A DNA stretch of 64,000 nucleotides from Promethearchaeota archaeon. Its GTDB lineage: Archaea > Asgardarchaeota > Lokiarchaeia > Sigyniarchaeales > SOKP01. Made by a program: the position numbers and the translations under genes. Positions 40,266-50,354 of this stretch are shown in pieces. Below the pieces are notes generated by a model. The model searched no databases, was not told the origin of the DNA, and saw only the letters and a program-made list of their open reading frames with translations. How positions within the stretch are numbered: the first letter of the stretch is position 1; every line of letters begins with the position of its first letter. The stretch is from contig JAUVXW010000024.1 of NCBI GenBank assembly GCA_030603385.1, positions 1 through 64,000 of the forward strand. The letters run 5' to 3'.

Positions 40266-40898
40266 CTATGTAAGATACTTTCTAGCGATTTTTCCTCTAG
40301 GTGATTCTTCTTCAAATAATATCGCTTGAAAAGAATAGATTTTCGTATCTAAATCTTTCCAAGAGTCTGCTGGGAGCATAGCTTTTTGACAAGTATGATC
40401 GAGAAAAGTTTCGACATCCCAATTCCTATCATGATCTACGGGAACTTGAGGAAGAAGTAATCCCCTTCGCCACCCTTTTTCTACAATAAGTCCATCTCTT
40501 CCGATTACGATTTTATCACGATATTCTTTTGGATTGTTTACTATGATTAACTCTGGAGGCGTCAATATTGATAATTCGATAATAATATTATCCAATTCTT
40601 CAAGTGTTACGGAAGGGAATCTAGGATCTTCAATAGCAGAGCTAATTGAAACTTTATGGATAACATCATAAAGAGAGTATTTAGGTTCAATATAACCGAT
40701 GCAACCTCTTAACGGATTACCAGATACTCCATGTTTATTTAAGGTAACAAAAGCTCCATATTTATCATTGAATTTTTCTTTTATATATTCAGTAACAGGA
40801 ATTACTCTATCGTTTTTTAGAAAAAATTCAATGTTTTCTCGAGCAAATTTAATTAGCACTTGACCATCTTCTAGACTAAATTTCTCTTCATAAGACAT
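40266..40898 (-). CDS. AMMECR1 domain protein
   Basis: GAFVTL, LRGCIG, DPRFP, GLLLPQV. Confidence 0.93.
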   Translation of the reverse strand: MSYEEKFSLEDGQVLIKFARENIEFFLKNDRVIPVTEYIKEKFNDKYGAFVTLNKHGVSGNPLRGCIGYIEPKYSLYDVIHKVSISSAIEDPRFPSVTLEELDNIIIELSILTPPELIIVNNPKEYRDKIVIGRDGLIVEKGWRRGLLLPQVPVDHDRNWDVETFLDHTCQKAMLPADSWKDLDTKIYSFQAILFEEESPRGKIARKYLT

Positions 40899-40951
40899 AT
40901 TCTGCTTTCCACAATCGATTTGAGTTATGTATTATTATATTGTTTAGACAT

Positions 40952-42352
40952 TTATACTTTATAGCTTGCTCTTATAATTTTTCCATTTGAAATAATATTT
41001 TCATTATTTATTTCAGTTCCTCTTAAAAATACTTTCCAAATCTGAACAGCTGAATTACAATTTTCAAATGGGGAAAATTTTGCTTTTGTTTTGAAATTTT
41101 GAGATCTAATTGGAAATTTAGACACCTTATCGATTATCATTAAATCAGCATCATATCCTTCTTTAATAAAGCCTTTATTTTTTAAATTAAAAATTTTAGC
41201 AGGATTTTCAGAAGAAATTTTAACGAAATTTTCTAATGAAAGGTTGTAGTTAAAAACATTATTTAGTATCATTAATGGGTAAGTTTCAAAACCGGGGAAT
41301 CCAGAGGGTGCATCTAAATAATCTTGGGATTTTTCTTTTGAGGTGTGAGGTGCGTGATCAGTTCCAATTAAAGACACCTTGTCATCCTTAAGTTCATTAA
41401 ATAAAAATTGACTATGTTCAGAACTTCTTAAAGGAGGTAGTACTTTGCCATAATTATTTTCATTTAATATAATTTCGTGAGACAAAAGTAAGTGATGAGG
41501 AGTAATTTCAAAAGAAATTTTTAAGCTGTGTTCTGATTTTAATGCCTTTTGAATCGCTAAATAGCCTTGAATGCAACTTACGTGGCAAAAATGAACAATT
41601 GGATAATTTTTTGGGTTTAATCTATTAATGTTAATATGTTTTTTATAATTTTCAATTACAAACTCAATATACTTTTCCTCCATTTCGACTGGATTTAATC
41701 TATCGTGTAATTCTAAAGTATTATATTCTTGAACCTTGAATTCATTAAGAATTCGATCCTTTTCTTTATCGGAGATTGAGAAAGCAGCATGAATAAATAA
41801 CGGAATTTGGTATGTAGAAGAAATATTAAGAATTTTTTGAATATTTTCGGTATTATCCCAATCTATATCATTTAAAGGGTTAAGTGGGTAAATTTTAAAT
41901 CCAATTGCTCCTAATTCCATAATCTTTTTTATTTCATTCTCATCAATTTCTTTAGGTACACCTGCTATGAATCCAACATCCACATTAATATTATTTTGTG
42001 CTTTTTCCATCCATATGTTGACTTGTTTTCCTGAAATTGCGGGAGGTTTTGTATTTGGCATATTGAAAACTGTTGTTATTCCAGAATAAGCAGCTGCTTT
42101 GGTTCCGGTAAAAAATGTTTCTTTATCACTTTGTCCCATATCACGCAAGTGAGAATGAATATCAATTATCCCTGGTAAAATTAATTTATTTTTACAATCT
42201 AGTACCTTATTACCATCGTTCTTTTCAAATAATTTTTTATAATCCTTCTCATCAGGTGTATATTTAACTTCTACAATAATACCATTATTGATAAGAATAG
42301 CTCCTTTATGTACTAAACCTTCAGAAAAAATTTTTGCGTTTTTTAGAATCAT
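40952..42352 (-). CDS. pyrC: Dihydroorotase family amidohydrolase
   Basis: PGIIDIHSHLR, MPNTKP, HVS, TPHHL, TDHAPH. Confidence 0.88.
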   Translation of the reverse strand: MILKNAKIFSEGLVHKGAILINNGIIVEVKYTPDEKDYKKLFEKNDGNKVLDCKNKLILPGIIDIHSHLRDMGQSDKETFFTGTKAAAYSGITTVFNMPNTKPPAISGKQVNIWMEKAQNNINVDVGFIAGVPKEIDENEIKKIMELGAIGFKIYPLNPLNDIDWDNTENIQKILNISSTYQIPLFIHAAFSISDKEKDRILNEFKVQEYNTLELHDRLNPVEMEEKYIEFVIENYKKHININRLNPKNYPIVHFCHVSCIQGYLAIQKALKSEHSLKISFEITPHHLLLSHEIILNENNYGKVLPPLRSSEHSQFLFNELKDDKVSLIGTDHAPHTSKEKSQDYLDAPSGFPGFETYPLMILNNVFNYNLSLENFVKISSENPAKIFNLKNKGFIKEGYDADLMIIDKVSKFPIRSQNFKTKAKFSPFENCNSAVQIWKVFLRGTEINNENIISNGKIIRASYKV

Positions 42353-42366
42353 AAATATTTTTACTC

Positions 42367-43023
42367 TTATAGAGTCTCTTGATGATCTTTTCGAAAATTA
42401 ATATATAAAATTTTATTTTCTATTGGTTTAATTTTAGAAAGAGATAAAAAATTTATATTTTTCATTTGTCTAAATCCATTGATAAGATCAGATTTTTCAT
42501 TAGAAGTATTAAAAGTTGGAATTATATAGAAATTTGATTCTTCTACTAATTCCTTTTCTTCATTCAAAGTTTGAACTGCTAAATCCTCTTTTATAGATTC
42601 AATATCATTTATTATGAAATAAACTTTTCCCTCTATAATAGATTTAAAATAGTGAATAAATGATGAATCCTTCAGAAATTTTATAACATAAATGCCTGGT
42701 GTGGATTCCATTTTATCTGTTTCTTTTATAGCATCAATTCCTCTCACTTTGTTTAAAGCTTTTAGAAGAAGTAACGCTTGAGATCTTTCATCAGGACCTA
42801 AGTATCTTAATTTATTTCCTATAAAACTTACAAGTAAATTCTCTTCTTGGAAATATACGTGTAAATTATTATTTTTCCTAATGGAATAAGATAGACAAAA
42901 AGTCTCTCTTATACATGAACACAACTCATAAACTTTTTGAGGAGTAAGACCTTTATCAATCTGTTTTTTTGTGTAATAAATGATTTTTTCGAAAAGTAAT
43001 AAGAAATTTACCAACCTAATCAA
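42367..43023 (-). CDS. TrmY-like SPOUT protein, divergent
   Basis: CIRETFCLSYSIRK, LRYLGPDERS, STPGIYV; adjacent to srp54. Confidence 0.65.
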   Translation of the reverse strand: MIRLVNFLLLFEKIIYYTKKQIDKGLTPQKVYELCSCIRETFCLSYSIRKNNNLHVYFQEENLLVSFIGNKLRYLGPDERSQALLLLKALNKVRGIDAIKETDKMESTPGIYVIKFLKDSSFIHYFKSIIEGKVYFIINDIESIKEDLAVQTLNEEKELVEESNFYIIPTFNTSNEKSDLINGFRQMKNINFLSLSKIKPIENKILYINFRKDHQETL

Positions 43024-43048
43024 ACATAATATAAGTAAAAACTAAATT

Positions 43049-44422
43049 CTAAAATTTACCTAACTTCTTCATGAAGTCAGCACCCGCTTTTCCACCAGGT
43101 AAACCTGGCATTCCTGGAAATCCTTTGCCTTTTTTCTGCATTTGAAGGAATTTCTTCATGAATTTCTTCATCTGGTTATACTGATCGAGCATCTTGTTTA
43201 TTACAGAATAATCCGAACCCGAACCTATGGCAATCCTTCTTTTTCTTGTCTTCTTGATAATTTTCGGTTCCATTTTTTCTTCATGGGTCATGGAATCTAA
43301 GACAACTCTCCATCGTTCGAGGTTTCGCTCTGCATCGTCCTTTAAAGCGTCAGGGATGTTTCCTCCACCCATCATTGATAAGATTTGCTGGAACTTTCCC
43401 ACTTTCTTAATTTGGGATAGTTGTAAGTAAAGGTCTTCGAGGGTAAACCGTCCATGCATCATACGTTTAATGGTTTCTTCATCTGGACCAATTTCTGCTT
43501 CCTCAACTTTTTGGACTAATGATTCAATATCGGGTACACCAAGTAGAGTTCCTACAAATTTAGATGGTTCAAATTCTTCGAGATCATCGATTTTTTCTCC
43601 AACACCTATGAAACGAATCCCTGCATTTGTAGCTGCACATGCAGATAAAGCACCACCACCTTTAGCAGTTCCGTCTAATTTTGTAACAATTATACTTCCA
43701 AGACTTGTAGTATTTGAGAACGCTTGTGCTTGAGCAAAAGCTTGTTGGCCAAGAGTCCCATCAATTACTAAGCAAACTTCGTTTGGCTTTAACTTTTGTT
43801 CGATGATTGCCATCTCTTTCATTAATTCTTTTTCTTCCTTATGTCTCCCTGCTGTGTCTGCGATAATTAAATCATTTCCATCATTTATTGCTTTTTTAGT
43901 CTCTTGAACCGCAATTTTAATAGCATTTTTCTCATTTGGATTTCCATAGCACTTTACTCCAATTTGTTCAGTCAGCTGAACTAATTGTTCATAAGCACCA
44001 GGTCGCCAAGTATCAGTTGTTAAAGCAGCTACTTTATATCCTTTACTTTTGTAATATTTAGCTAATTTGCCGATTGTGGTTGTTTTACCAGATCCTTGGA
44101 TTCCAACAAGTAAAATCACATTCTTTTTCCCAGGCTTGATTCGAATTGGGGCTGGTTTTCCACCTAAAAGGCTAATAAGCTCATCATGTACTAATTTTAT
44201 TATAAAATCTTTCCGTTTTGCTTTTTGTAGTTTTGTATTCGTCGCTTCTTTTTTAATATTTTCCGTCATCTGGAAAACTAACTCAACCTTTACATCAGCA
44301 CTCAGGAGACTTCTTTGGAGATCCTGAATAAGGGCATTTATTGCGTCCTTATCCACTATTGGAAGGCGCCTAATTCTGCGTATTGCCTTATCTAATTGTC
44401 TTCCAAGGTTTTCTAAAACCAT
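43049..44422 (-). CDS. srp54: Signal recognition particle 54-kDa protein
   Basis: GIQGSGKTTT, DTAGRH, TKLDGTAKGGGALS, Met-rich M domain. Confidence 0.97.
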   Translation of the reverse strand: MVLENLGRQLDKAIRRIRRLPIVDKDAINALIQDLQRSLLSADVKVELVFQMTENIKKEATNTKLQKAKRKDFIIKLVHDELISLLGGKPAPIRIKPGKKNVILLVGIQGSGKTTTIGKLAKYYKSKGYKVAALTTDTWRPGAYEQLVQLTEQIGVKCYGNPNEKNAIKIAVQETKKAINDGNDLIIADTAGRHKEEKELMKEMAIIEQKLKPNEVCLVIDGTLGQQAFAQAQAFSNTTSLGSIIVTKLDGTAKGGGALSACAATNAGIRFIGVGEKIDDLEEFEPSKFVGTLLGVPDIESLVQKVEEAEIGPDEETIKRMMHGRFTLEDLYLQLSQIKKVGKFQQILSMMGGGNIPDALKDDAERNLERWRVVLDSMTHEEKMEPKIIKKTRKRRIAIGSGSDYSVINKMLDQYNQMKKFMKKFLQMQKKGKGFPGMPGLPGGKAGADFMKKLGKF

Positions 44423-44574
44423 TAAAATTTTACTCTAATTTTTTTTAATGTATTTGAAATAGTTCTCAAAAACTAATATTTTTTTTTGAAATAAAATAAT
44501 ATATTATAAAAGAAATGTCAAAATTAATTAAAAATATTTTGAATAAGAACAAACAAACTAAGGTGGAAATGTAA

Positions 44575-45003
44575 TTGTCTATTAGAAGAACAGAGATACA
44601 AAAATTAAAATCTGGGCAATACATCATGGTTGACGATGAGCCATGTATTATTAAAGCAACAGAGAGAAGTAAAAGTGGAAAACATGGACACGCTAAAGTC
44701 AGAGTCGTATGCGTCGGTCTTTTTGATAATAATAAACGCTCACTTACCATACCCTCGGGTCATATGGTTGAGATTCCCGAGATCTTAAAGGGTAATGCCC
44801 AAATCAATTTTATAGAAGATGCTTCGATAAATATTATGGATTTAGAATCTTATGAATCTTTCGATGTTGATTGGCCGAAAGAGGAGGATTTATCAAAGAA
44901 ATTGAAAGAACTCCAGGCAAATCCTGATAATATATCAACTGCTCAAGTGGATTATTGGCAATTAGCTGGGAAAACTCTAATAAATCGAGTTTTTACTAAC
45001 TAG
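44575..45003 (+). CDS. eif5A: Translation factor aIF5A
   Basis: SKSGKHGHAK hypusine motif; SD AGGTGG with TTG start. Confidence 0.96.
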   Translation: MSIRRTEIQKLKSGQYIMVDDEPCIIKATERSKSGKHGHAKVRVVCVGLFDNNKRSLTIPSGHMVEIPEILKGNAQINFIEDASINIMDLESYESFDVDWPKEEDLSKKLKELQANPDNISTAQVDYWQLAGKTLINRVFTN

Positions 45004-45118
45004 ATAAACTAAAAAATTTCAATAAAGTATAAACATTAATAATATTTTCCAAATAATCTTTTATTTTTTTGATAGATATATAAGGAGTTAAGATTTAATT
45101 AACAAAAGGCGCGGAATC

Positions 45119-46015
45119 ATGGAAAAAAAACCTATTGCTATTGCGTGTAGATTAGATTCAGAAAGAGCAATCAAATTGGCAAAGAGAGTCTTTGAGTTTT
45201 TAGTACAAAAGGGGGAAGTAGTCTATTTAGAAACTAGAATTGCTCCAAAGATTTTTCCACATAATGGTATGGATTTGGCGGAGATGAGTGCTGATAATAT
45301 AAAATTCATAATCATAATAGGTGGAGATGGATCAATTTTACGAGTTGCTAGTGGGTTATCACAAAGGGATCCCCCTCCTATTTTAGGTGTAAATGTTGGC
45401 TCTATAGGCTTTTTAGATGAATCGAACGAAAGAACAATCTTTAAAGATTTAATACAGGCATTAAACGGTGAATTTGAATGTGAGCTATGTTCAAAAATTA
45501 CCCCTTATATAGTTAAAAACTCTGAAGAAATTCGGTTGAATAACGCATTGAATGAGATTTTAATAGTATCTTCAAAGAGTTCCAAAGTACTACAAGTATC
45601 GGTAAGAATTAATGGCATTTTCCTAAACCGTAGCTATTTGGATGGTGTGATAATTTCTACATCAACAGGATCCACTGCTTATAATTTAAGTGCTGGAGGT
45701 GCAATTGTTAATCCTAATATGGAAATTATGCAGATAACTCCCTTAAATAGTTTTGCAGGGTCAGGATTAAAGCCAATTATACTACCTATAGATTCTGTAA
45801 TTGAAGTTCAGCTCCTACGACCCCGATTAGATGCAAAAATAGTCATAGATGGGCAAAGAACTATTAAGAAAATAGCACCTAATACTAAAATCAGGATTCG
45901 TAAGGCGAATTCTCATAATAAATTTATTCGGTTTAGTAAAAGTTATTATACACGCTTAAGAAAGAAGATTCTTTCTACAGTAAGAACGCCTATTGATGAT
46001 TCACCAGAAGAATAG
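45119..46015 (+). CDS. nadK: NAD kinase
   Basis: GGDGS, LNE, DG...STSTGSTAYNLSAGG. Confidence 0.94.
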   Translation: MEKKPIAIACRLDSERAIKLAKRVFEFLVQKGEVVYLETRIAPKIFPHNGMDLAEMSADNIKFIIIIGGDGSILRVASGLSQRDPPPILGVNVGSIGFLDESNERTIFKDLIQALNGEFECELCSKITPYIVKNSEEIRLNNALNEILIVSSKSSKVLQVSVRINGIFLNRSYLDGVIISTSTGSTAYNLSAGGAIVNPNMEIMQITPLNSFAGSGLKPIILPIDSVIEVQLLRPRLDAKIVIDGQRTIKKIAPNTKIRIRKANSHNKFIRFSKSYYTRLRKKILSTVRTPIDDSPEE

Positions 46016-46019
46016 TAAA

Positions 46020-46562
46020 ATGAAAGAAAAATCTCCAATTTACATTTTTGATACTAACATTTTCCTCACTGGCATTGATTTCAATTTAATTAAGGGAAAA
46101 ATCTATACTACCCCAAAAATAATCGAAGAAATTAAAGTAAGAAAATATAAGGATAAAAATAGAAATATTTTAAATAAAATTGAGGCTGCGACCATCAGTA
46201 AAAAGTTAATTCTTACTATACCTTCAGAAAAATATATTTATAGAGTAGAACAGAAATCCAAATCAACTGGGGATTATAAAGCATTATCAAAGGCAGACAA
46301 AGAATTAATAGCGCTAACGTTAGAACTAATAGAAAACCAAGATGAGGACGTTAAGATTTATTCCAATGATTATTCAATTGAGAACGTATGTTCTGAACTA
46401 AATATCCCTTTCTCTCCCTTGCATAAGGATGGGATTGATTCAAAAATCGTCTGGGAAGTATATTGTCCTTTTTGTAAAAGCATACATAAAGCTGAAGACT
46501 TAAATAAAATATGCGAGAAATGTGGATCTAAATTGAAAAGAAGACCCCTGAAAGTAATATAA
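46020..46562 (+). CDS. nob1: Nob1 PIN endonuclease with zinc ribbon
   Basis: FDTN, LSKADKE, SNDYSIENV, CPFC...CEKCGS. Confidence 0.9.
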   Translation: MKEKSPIYIFDTNIFLTGIDFNLIKGKIYTTPKIIEEIKVRKYKDKNRNILNKIEAATISKKLILTIPSEKYIYRVEQKSKSTGDYKALSKADKELIALTLELIENQDEDVKIYSNDYSIENVCSELNIPFSPLHKDGIDSKIVWEVYCPFCKSIHKAEDLNKICEKCGSKLKRRPLKVI

Positions 46563-46636
46563 TATATTAGTGGTAATTATATTAATTGTATCATATTTTA
46601 TTATCGCAGGTGAAAAAAAAAGGATTAATTGCTAAA

Positions 46637-47689
46637 ATGGGCGTTAAAATAAATGAATTAGTAAATGAAGTCAAACGATCGATAACATTTGAAAATCTGT
46701 TTAAAAAAAATATTGCAATTGACGCGTTTAATACAATTTATCAGTTTTTAGCTATAATTCGCCAAAAAGATGGAACCCCGTTAAAAGATTATCAGGGAAA
46801 GATAACATCACATTTATCTGGACTGTTTTATAGGAGTATCAACTTTTTAGAGCATAATATAAAACCGATTTATGTTTTTGATGGTATACCTTCTGAATTA
46901 AAACTTGATACAATAAAAGAGCGGAAAAAAGTTAAGGAAGAAGCTCAAAAAAAGATGATTGAAGCTCAAGATGCAGAAGATTTCAAAGAAGCTAAAAAAT
47001 TTGCCCAACGAACTTCAAAACTTGATGAGGATATGGTCAAAGAAAGTAAGAAATTGATTGAATCCATGGGTATCCCGATAATTCAAGCTACTTCTGAAGG
47101 AGAGGCTCAATCTGCTTATATGGTTGAAGCTGGAGACGCTTGGGCATGTGCTTCTCAAGATTATGATACATTATTATTTGGAGGAGAGCGTTTAGTTCGT
47201 AATTTTGCTATTAGTCGAAGTAGGAAAGTAAAAGATACGACCGTGACTTTAGATATTGAGTATGTTTCGTTATCAAAATTCTTAAAAAATTTAGGAGTAA
47301 CCCGAGAACAGTTAGTTGAAATGGGCATCTTAATAGGGACCGATTTTTTCCCTGGAATAAAAGGGATTGGTCAGAAAACCGCTTTAGATTTGATTAAGAA
47401 ATATGATTCTATAGAAAATATCTTAAAGAGTAATGTTAAGGTTGGAAATAAAGAAATTATATTAGATCCAGAATTAGTAGAGCATGTCAAAAACATATTT
47501 TTAAATCCAGACGTTAAAAAAGATTATATAGTGCCAAAACCCAAGAAGATCGACTTTGAAAGAATAGAAGAATTATTAATAGAGCAGCATAATTTTTCAA
47601 GACAAAGAGTTGAAAATGCTTTAGAGAGATTAAGAAAATTGGATTCTAAGAAAACTCAAGTTTCTTTAGACGATTTTCTTAAGGTTTAA
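46637..47689 (+). CDS. fen: Flap endonuclease 1
   Basis: MGVKI start, DAFNTIYQFL, EGEAQ, SQDYD, GTDF, PIP box QVSLDDF. Confidence 0.96.
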   Translation: MGVKINELVNEVKRSITFENLFKKNIAIDAFNTIYQFLAIIRQKDGTPLKDYQGKITSHLSGLFYRSINFLEHNIKPIYVFDGIPSELKLDTIKERKKVKEEAQKKMIEAQDAEDFKEAKKFAQRTSKLDEDMVKESKKLIESMGIPIIQATSEGEAQSAYMVEAGDAWACASQDYDTLLFGGERLVRNFAISRSRKVKDTTVTLDIEYVSLSKFLKNLGVTREQLVEMGILIGTDFFPGIKGIGQKTALDLIKKYDSIENILKSNVKVGNKEIILDPELVEHVKNIFLNPDVKKDYIVPKPKKIDFERIEELLIEQHNFSRQRVENALERLRKLDSKKTQVSLDDFLKV

Positions 47690-47773
47690 TTGAATAACAA
47701 AAAGGAAAAATTTTTACGAAATTAATATTTATTAATATTTAACAATATAATGGTTTCTTATAAATGAAAAATC

Positions 47774-50017
47774 ATGTCATCTAAGGACAATAATAAAGAA
47801 GGAGACAAACCAAATAGTGGAAATGACACACCGAGTGTTGTGTTACGAGTGCAAAAAGCTAAAAAAAGGGATATTGGGCGCAATATTATAAGAATCGATC
47901 AAAAAACAATGGAAAAATTAAACATTCAAACTGGTGATGTTATTGAGGTTGTTGGCAAGAAACAAAGTGCAGGGATTGCGTGGCCAAGCTATCCTCAAGA
48001 TAACGGTCTGGGAATTGTTCGTGTTGATTCAAGATTACAGAAGAACACAGGAACAAGGATTGACGATACATTAGAAATTCGTAAAGTTAAAGCAGAACCT
48101 GCTCAAAACATAGTTTTAGCACCATCTAGCGTTAAAATAAGAAATAATCCTAGATTCGAGAGTTTTGTAAAAAGAAAGCTAAATAATTATCCAGTTACGG
48201 TCGATGATTATATTTTCATATCCATAGGAATCAGTAGAGAAATTACTTTTAAAGTAATCAGTATGAGGCCTAATGCTGTTTGTATAATAAAACAAGACAC
48301 AATACTTAATATAAGCGAAAAAATTACTGAAGATGCTGAAGCAGGTGTCGGTTATATAACATATGAGGATGTTGGTGGATTAGATAGAGAAATTCAACGA
48401 GTACGAGAAATGGTTGAATTACCTTTACGTCATCCCTCTTTATTTAAACGATTGGGGATCGATCCTCCAAAAGGTGTATTACTAAGAGGACCACCTGGTT
48501 GTGGAAAAACTCTATTAGCGAAGGCAGTTGCTAATGAAAGTGAAGCACACTTCATATCTATTAATGGTCCCGAAATTATGAGTAAATTTTATGGAGAATC
48601 TGAGAAAAAATTACGTAAACTCTTTATTGAAGCTGAAGAGAAAAGCCCATCAATTATCTTTATTGATGAGATAGATGCGATTGCTCCAAAGAGAGAAACT
48701 GTTACTGGCGAAGTAGAACGACGAGTTGTTGCTCAACTTCTAGCTTTAATGGACGGCCTACATGGTAGAGGAAAAGTAATTGTCATTGGTGCGACTAATA
48801 GACCAAATAGTTTAGATCCTGCTTTGAGGAGACCTGGTAGATTTGATCGTGAAATTGAAATAAAAGTGCCGAATGAAAAAGAAAGGTTAGAAATATTTCA
48901 AATACACACACGAAATATGCCTCTTGATAAGAAAATTTCATTAAAGGAATTTGCTCAAATAACTCATGGATTTGTTGGAGCAGATATTTCTGCTGTAGCT
49001 CGAGAAGCAGCCATGTCAGCTTTACGAAGATATTTACCTAAGATAGATCTAGAATCAGAAATAATAGACCCAGAATTATTAGAGCAAATTGAGGTAACTA
49101 AAAATGATTTTGAGGAAGCTTTAAAAGAGGTCTTACCTTCTGCAATAAGGGAAGTTTTTGTAGAAGTTCCAAATGTCACATGGGATCAAGTAGGTGGCTT
49201 AGAAAAGTTAAAACAGCAATTGATTGAGGCAGTTGATTGGCCTTTATCGAATCCAACTATATTTAGTCGTATGGGAATAAGACCTCCAAGGGGCATCTTG
49301 CTTTATGGACCACCTGGTTGTGGTAAAACGCTACTAGCAAGAGCTGTGGCAACTGAGAGTAAAGCTAATTTTATTTCAATAAAAGGACCAGAACTTTTAT
49401 CAAAATGGGTTGGAGAAAGTGAGAAGGCTATAAGAGAAGTATTTAGAAAAGCAAAGATGGCAGCACCTTGTATTGTTTTTTTTGATGAATTCGATTCAAT
49501 AGCGCCAAGTCGAGGTAGACACACTTCTGATTCCGGAGTATCAGAAAAAGTCCTTTCGCAATTCCTAACAGAATTAGATGGATTAGAAGTGATGAAGGAT
49601 GTTGTTGTAATTGCTGCGACAAACCGCCCTGATATTTTAGATCCTGCATTGATTAGACCTGGGAGAATTGATCGCATATTATTAGTTCATCCTCCAGAAG
49701 AAAAGGCAAGATTTGATATCTTAAAAATATTCACTAAAGATATGCCGCTTGTCGCAAATTTGAAAATAGAAAAATTGGTAGAAATAACTGAAGGCTTTTC
49801 TGGGGCCGATATAGAGACTTGGTGTCGTGAAGCTGCAATGATAGCTCTTAGAGAAAATATCAGAGCAAGAAAAGTTACGATGGAACATTTTAAAGAAGCT
49901 AGAGGAGATATTCATCCCTCCATAACAAAAGAAGTTATAGATTGGTATGAAAAATTCGGTGAGAAATTGAAAAGTCGAAGAATTGAAGAATCGAAAGAAG
50001 ATAGGTTGTTCGTATAA
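47774..50017 (+). CDS. cdc48: Cdc48/VCP AAA+ ATPase
   Basis: Two GPPGCGKT Walker A motifs, DEID/DEFD, RPGRFD/RPGRID. Confidence 0.97.
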   Translation: MSSKDNNKEGDKPNSGNDTPSVVLRVQKAKKRDIGRNIIRIDQKTMEKLNIQTGDVIEVVGKKQSAGIAWPSYPQDNGLGIVRVDSRLQKNTGTRIDDTLEIRKVKAEPAQNIVLAPSSVKIRNNPRFESFVKRKLNNYPVTVDDYIFISIGISREITFKVISMRPNAVCIIKQDTILNISEKITEDAEAGVGYITYEDVGGLDREIQRVREMVELPLRHPSLFKRLGIDPPKGVLLRGPPGCGKTLLAKAVANESEAHFISINGPEIMSKFYGESEKKLRKLFIEAEEKSPSIIFIDEIDAIAPKRETVTGEVERRVVAQLLALMDGLHGRGKVIVIGATNRPNSLDPALRRPGRFDREIEIKVPNEKERLEIFQIHTRNMPLDKKISLKEFAQITHGFVGADISAVAREAAMSALRRYLPKIDLESEIIDPELLEQIEVTKNDFEEALKEVLPSAIREVFVEVPNVTWDQVGGLEKLKQQLIEAVDWPLSNPTIFSRMGIRPPRGILLYGPPGCGKTLLARAVATESKANFISIKGPELLSKWVGESEKAIREVFRKAKMAAPCIVFFDEFDSIAPSRGRHTSDSGVSEKVLSQFLTELDGLEVMKDVVVIAATNRPDILDPALIRPGRIDRILLVHPPEEKARFDILKIFTKDMPLVANLKIEKLVEITEGFSGADIETWCREAAMIALRENIRARKVTMEHFKEARGDIHPSITKEVIDWYEKFGEKLKSRRIEESKEDRLFV

Positions 50018-50087
50018 ATTTCCCAAAATTAATTAGAAAGAAAATATTATCAATCATAGTATACATACACATTTTAGGTGGTTTATT

Positions 50088-50354
50088 ATCGATCGTTGGA
50101 ATGAAAAACCAATAGTAAATTCATTGATTGATATCCTTATAAAAAATAAAGGAGAAATCTTAGATAAACGGCTCGAAGAACTTCTTAAGAAAGAATTTCC
50201 TTATGTTAATTCCTTGATTTTAGAAGAGTTATTTATGAAATTGGAGAGTATGGCAATAATTAACGTGTTTCGTGTCTCAAAGAACAAAAAAATGATAGTT
50301 TTTAATAAGCATAACAAGGCGATAAGAGAAGGGGTATCTACCGATTTACTTTAA
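50088..50354 (+). CDS. Small winged-helix protein downstream of cdc48; probable ATC/ATT start
   Basis: SD AGGTGG at 50076-50081; frame reads (I)IDRWNEKPIVNSLIDIL...; the ORF track starts later, at TTG 50124. Confidence 0.65.
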   Translation: MDRWNEKPIVNSLIDILIKNKGEILDKRLEELLKKEFPYVNSLILEELFMKLESMAIINVFRVSKNKKMIVFNKHNKAIREGVSTDLL

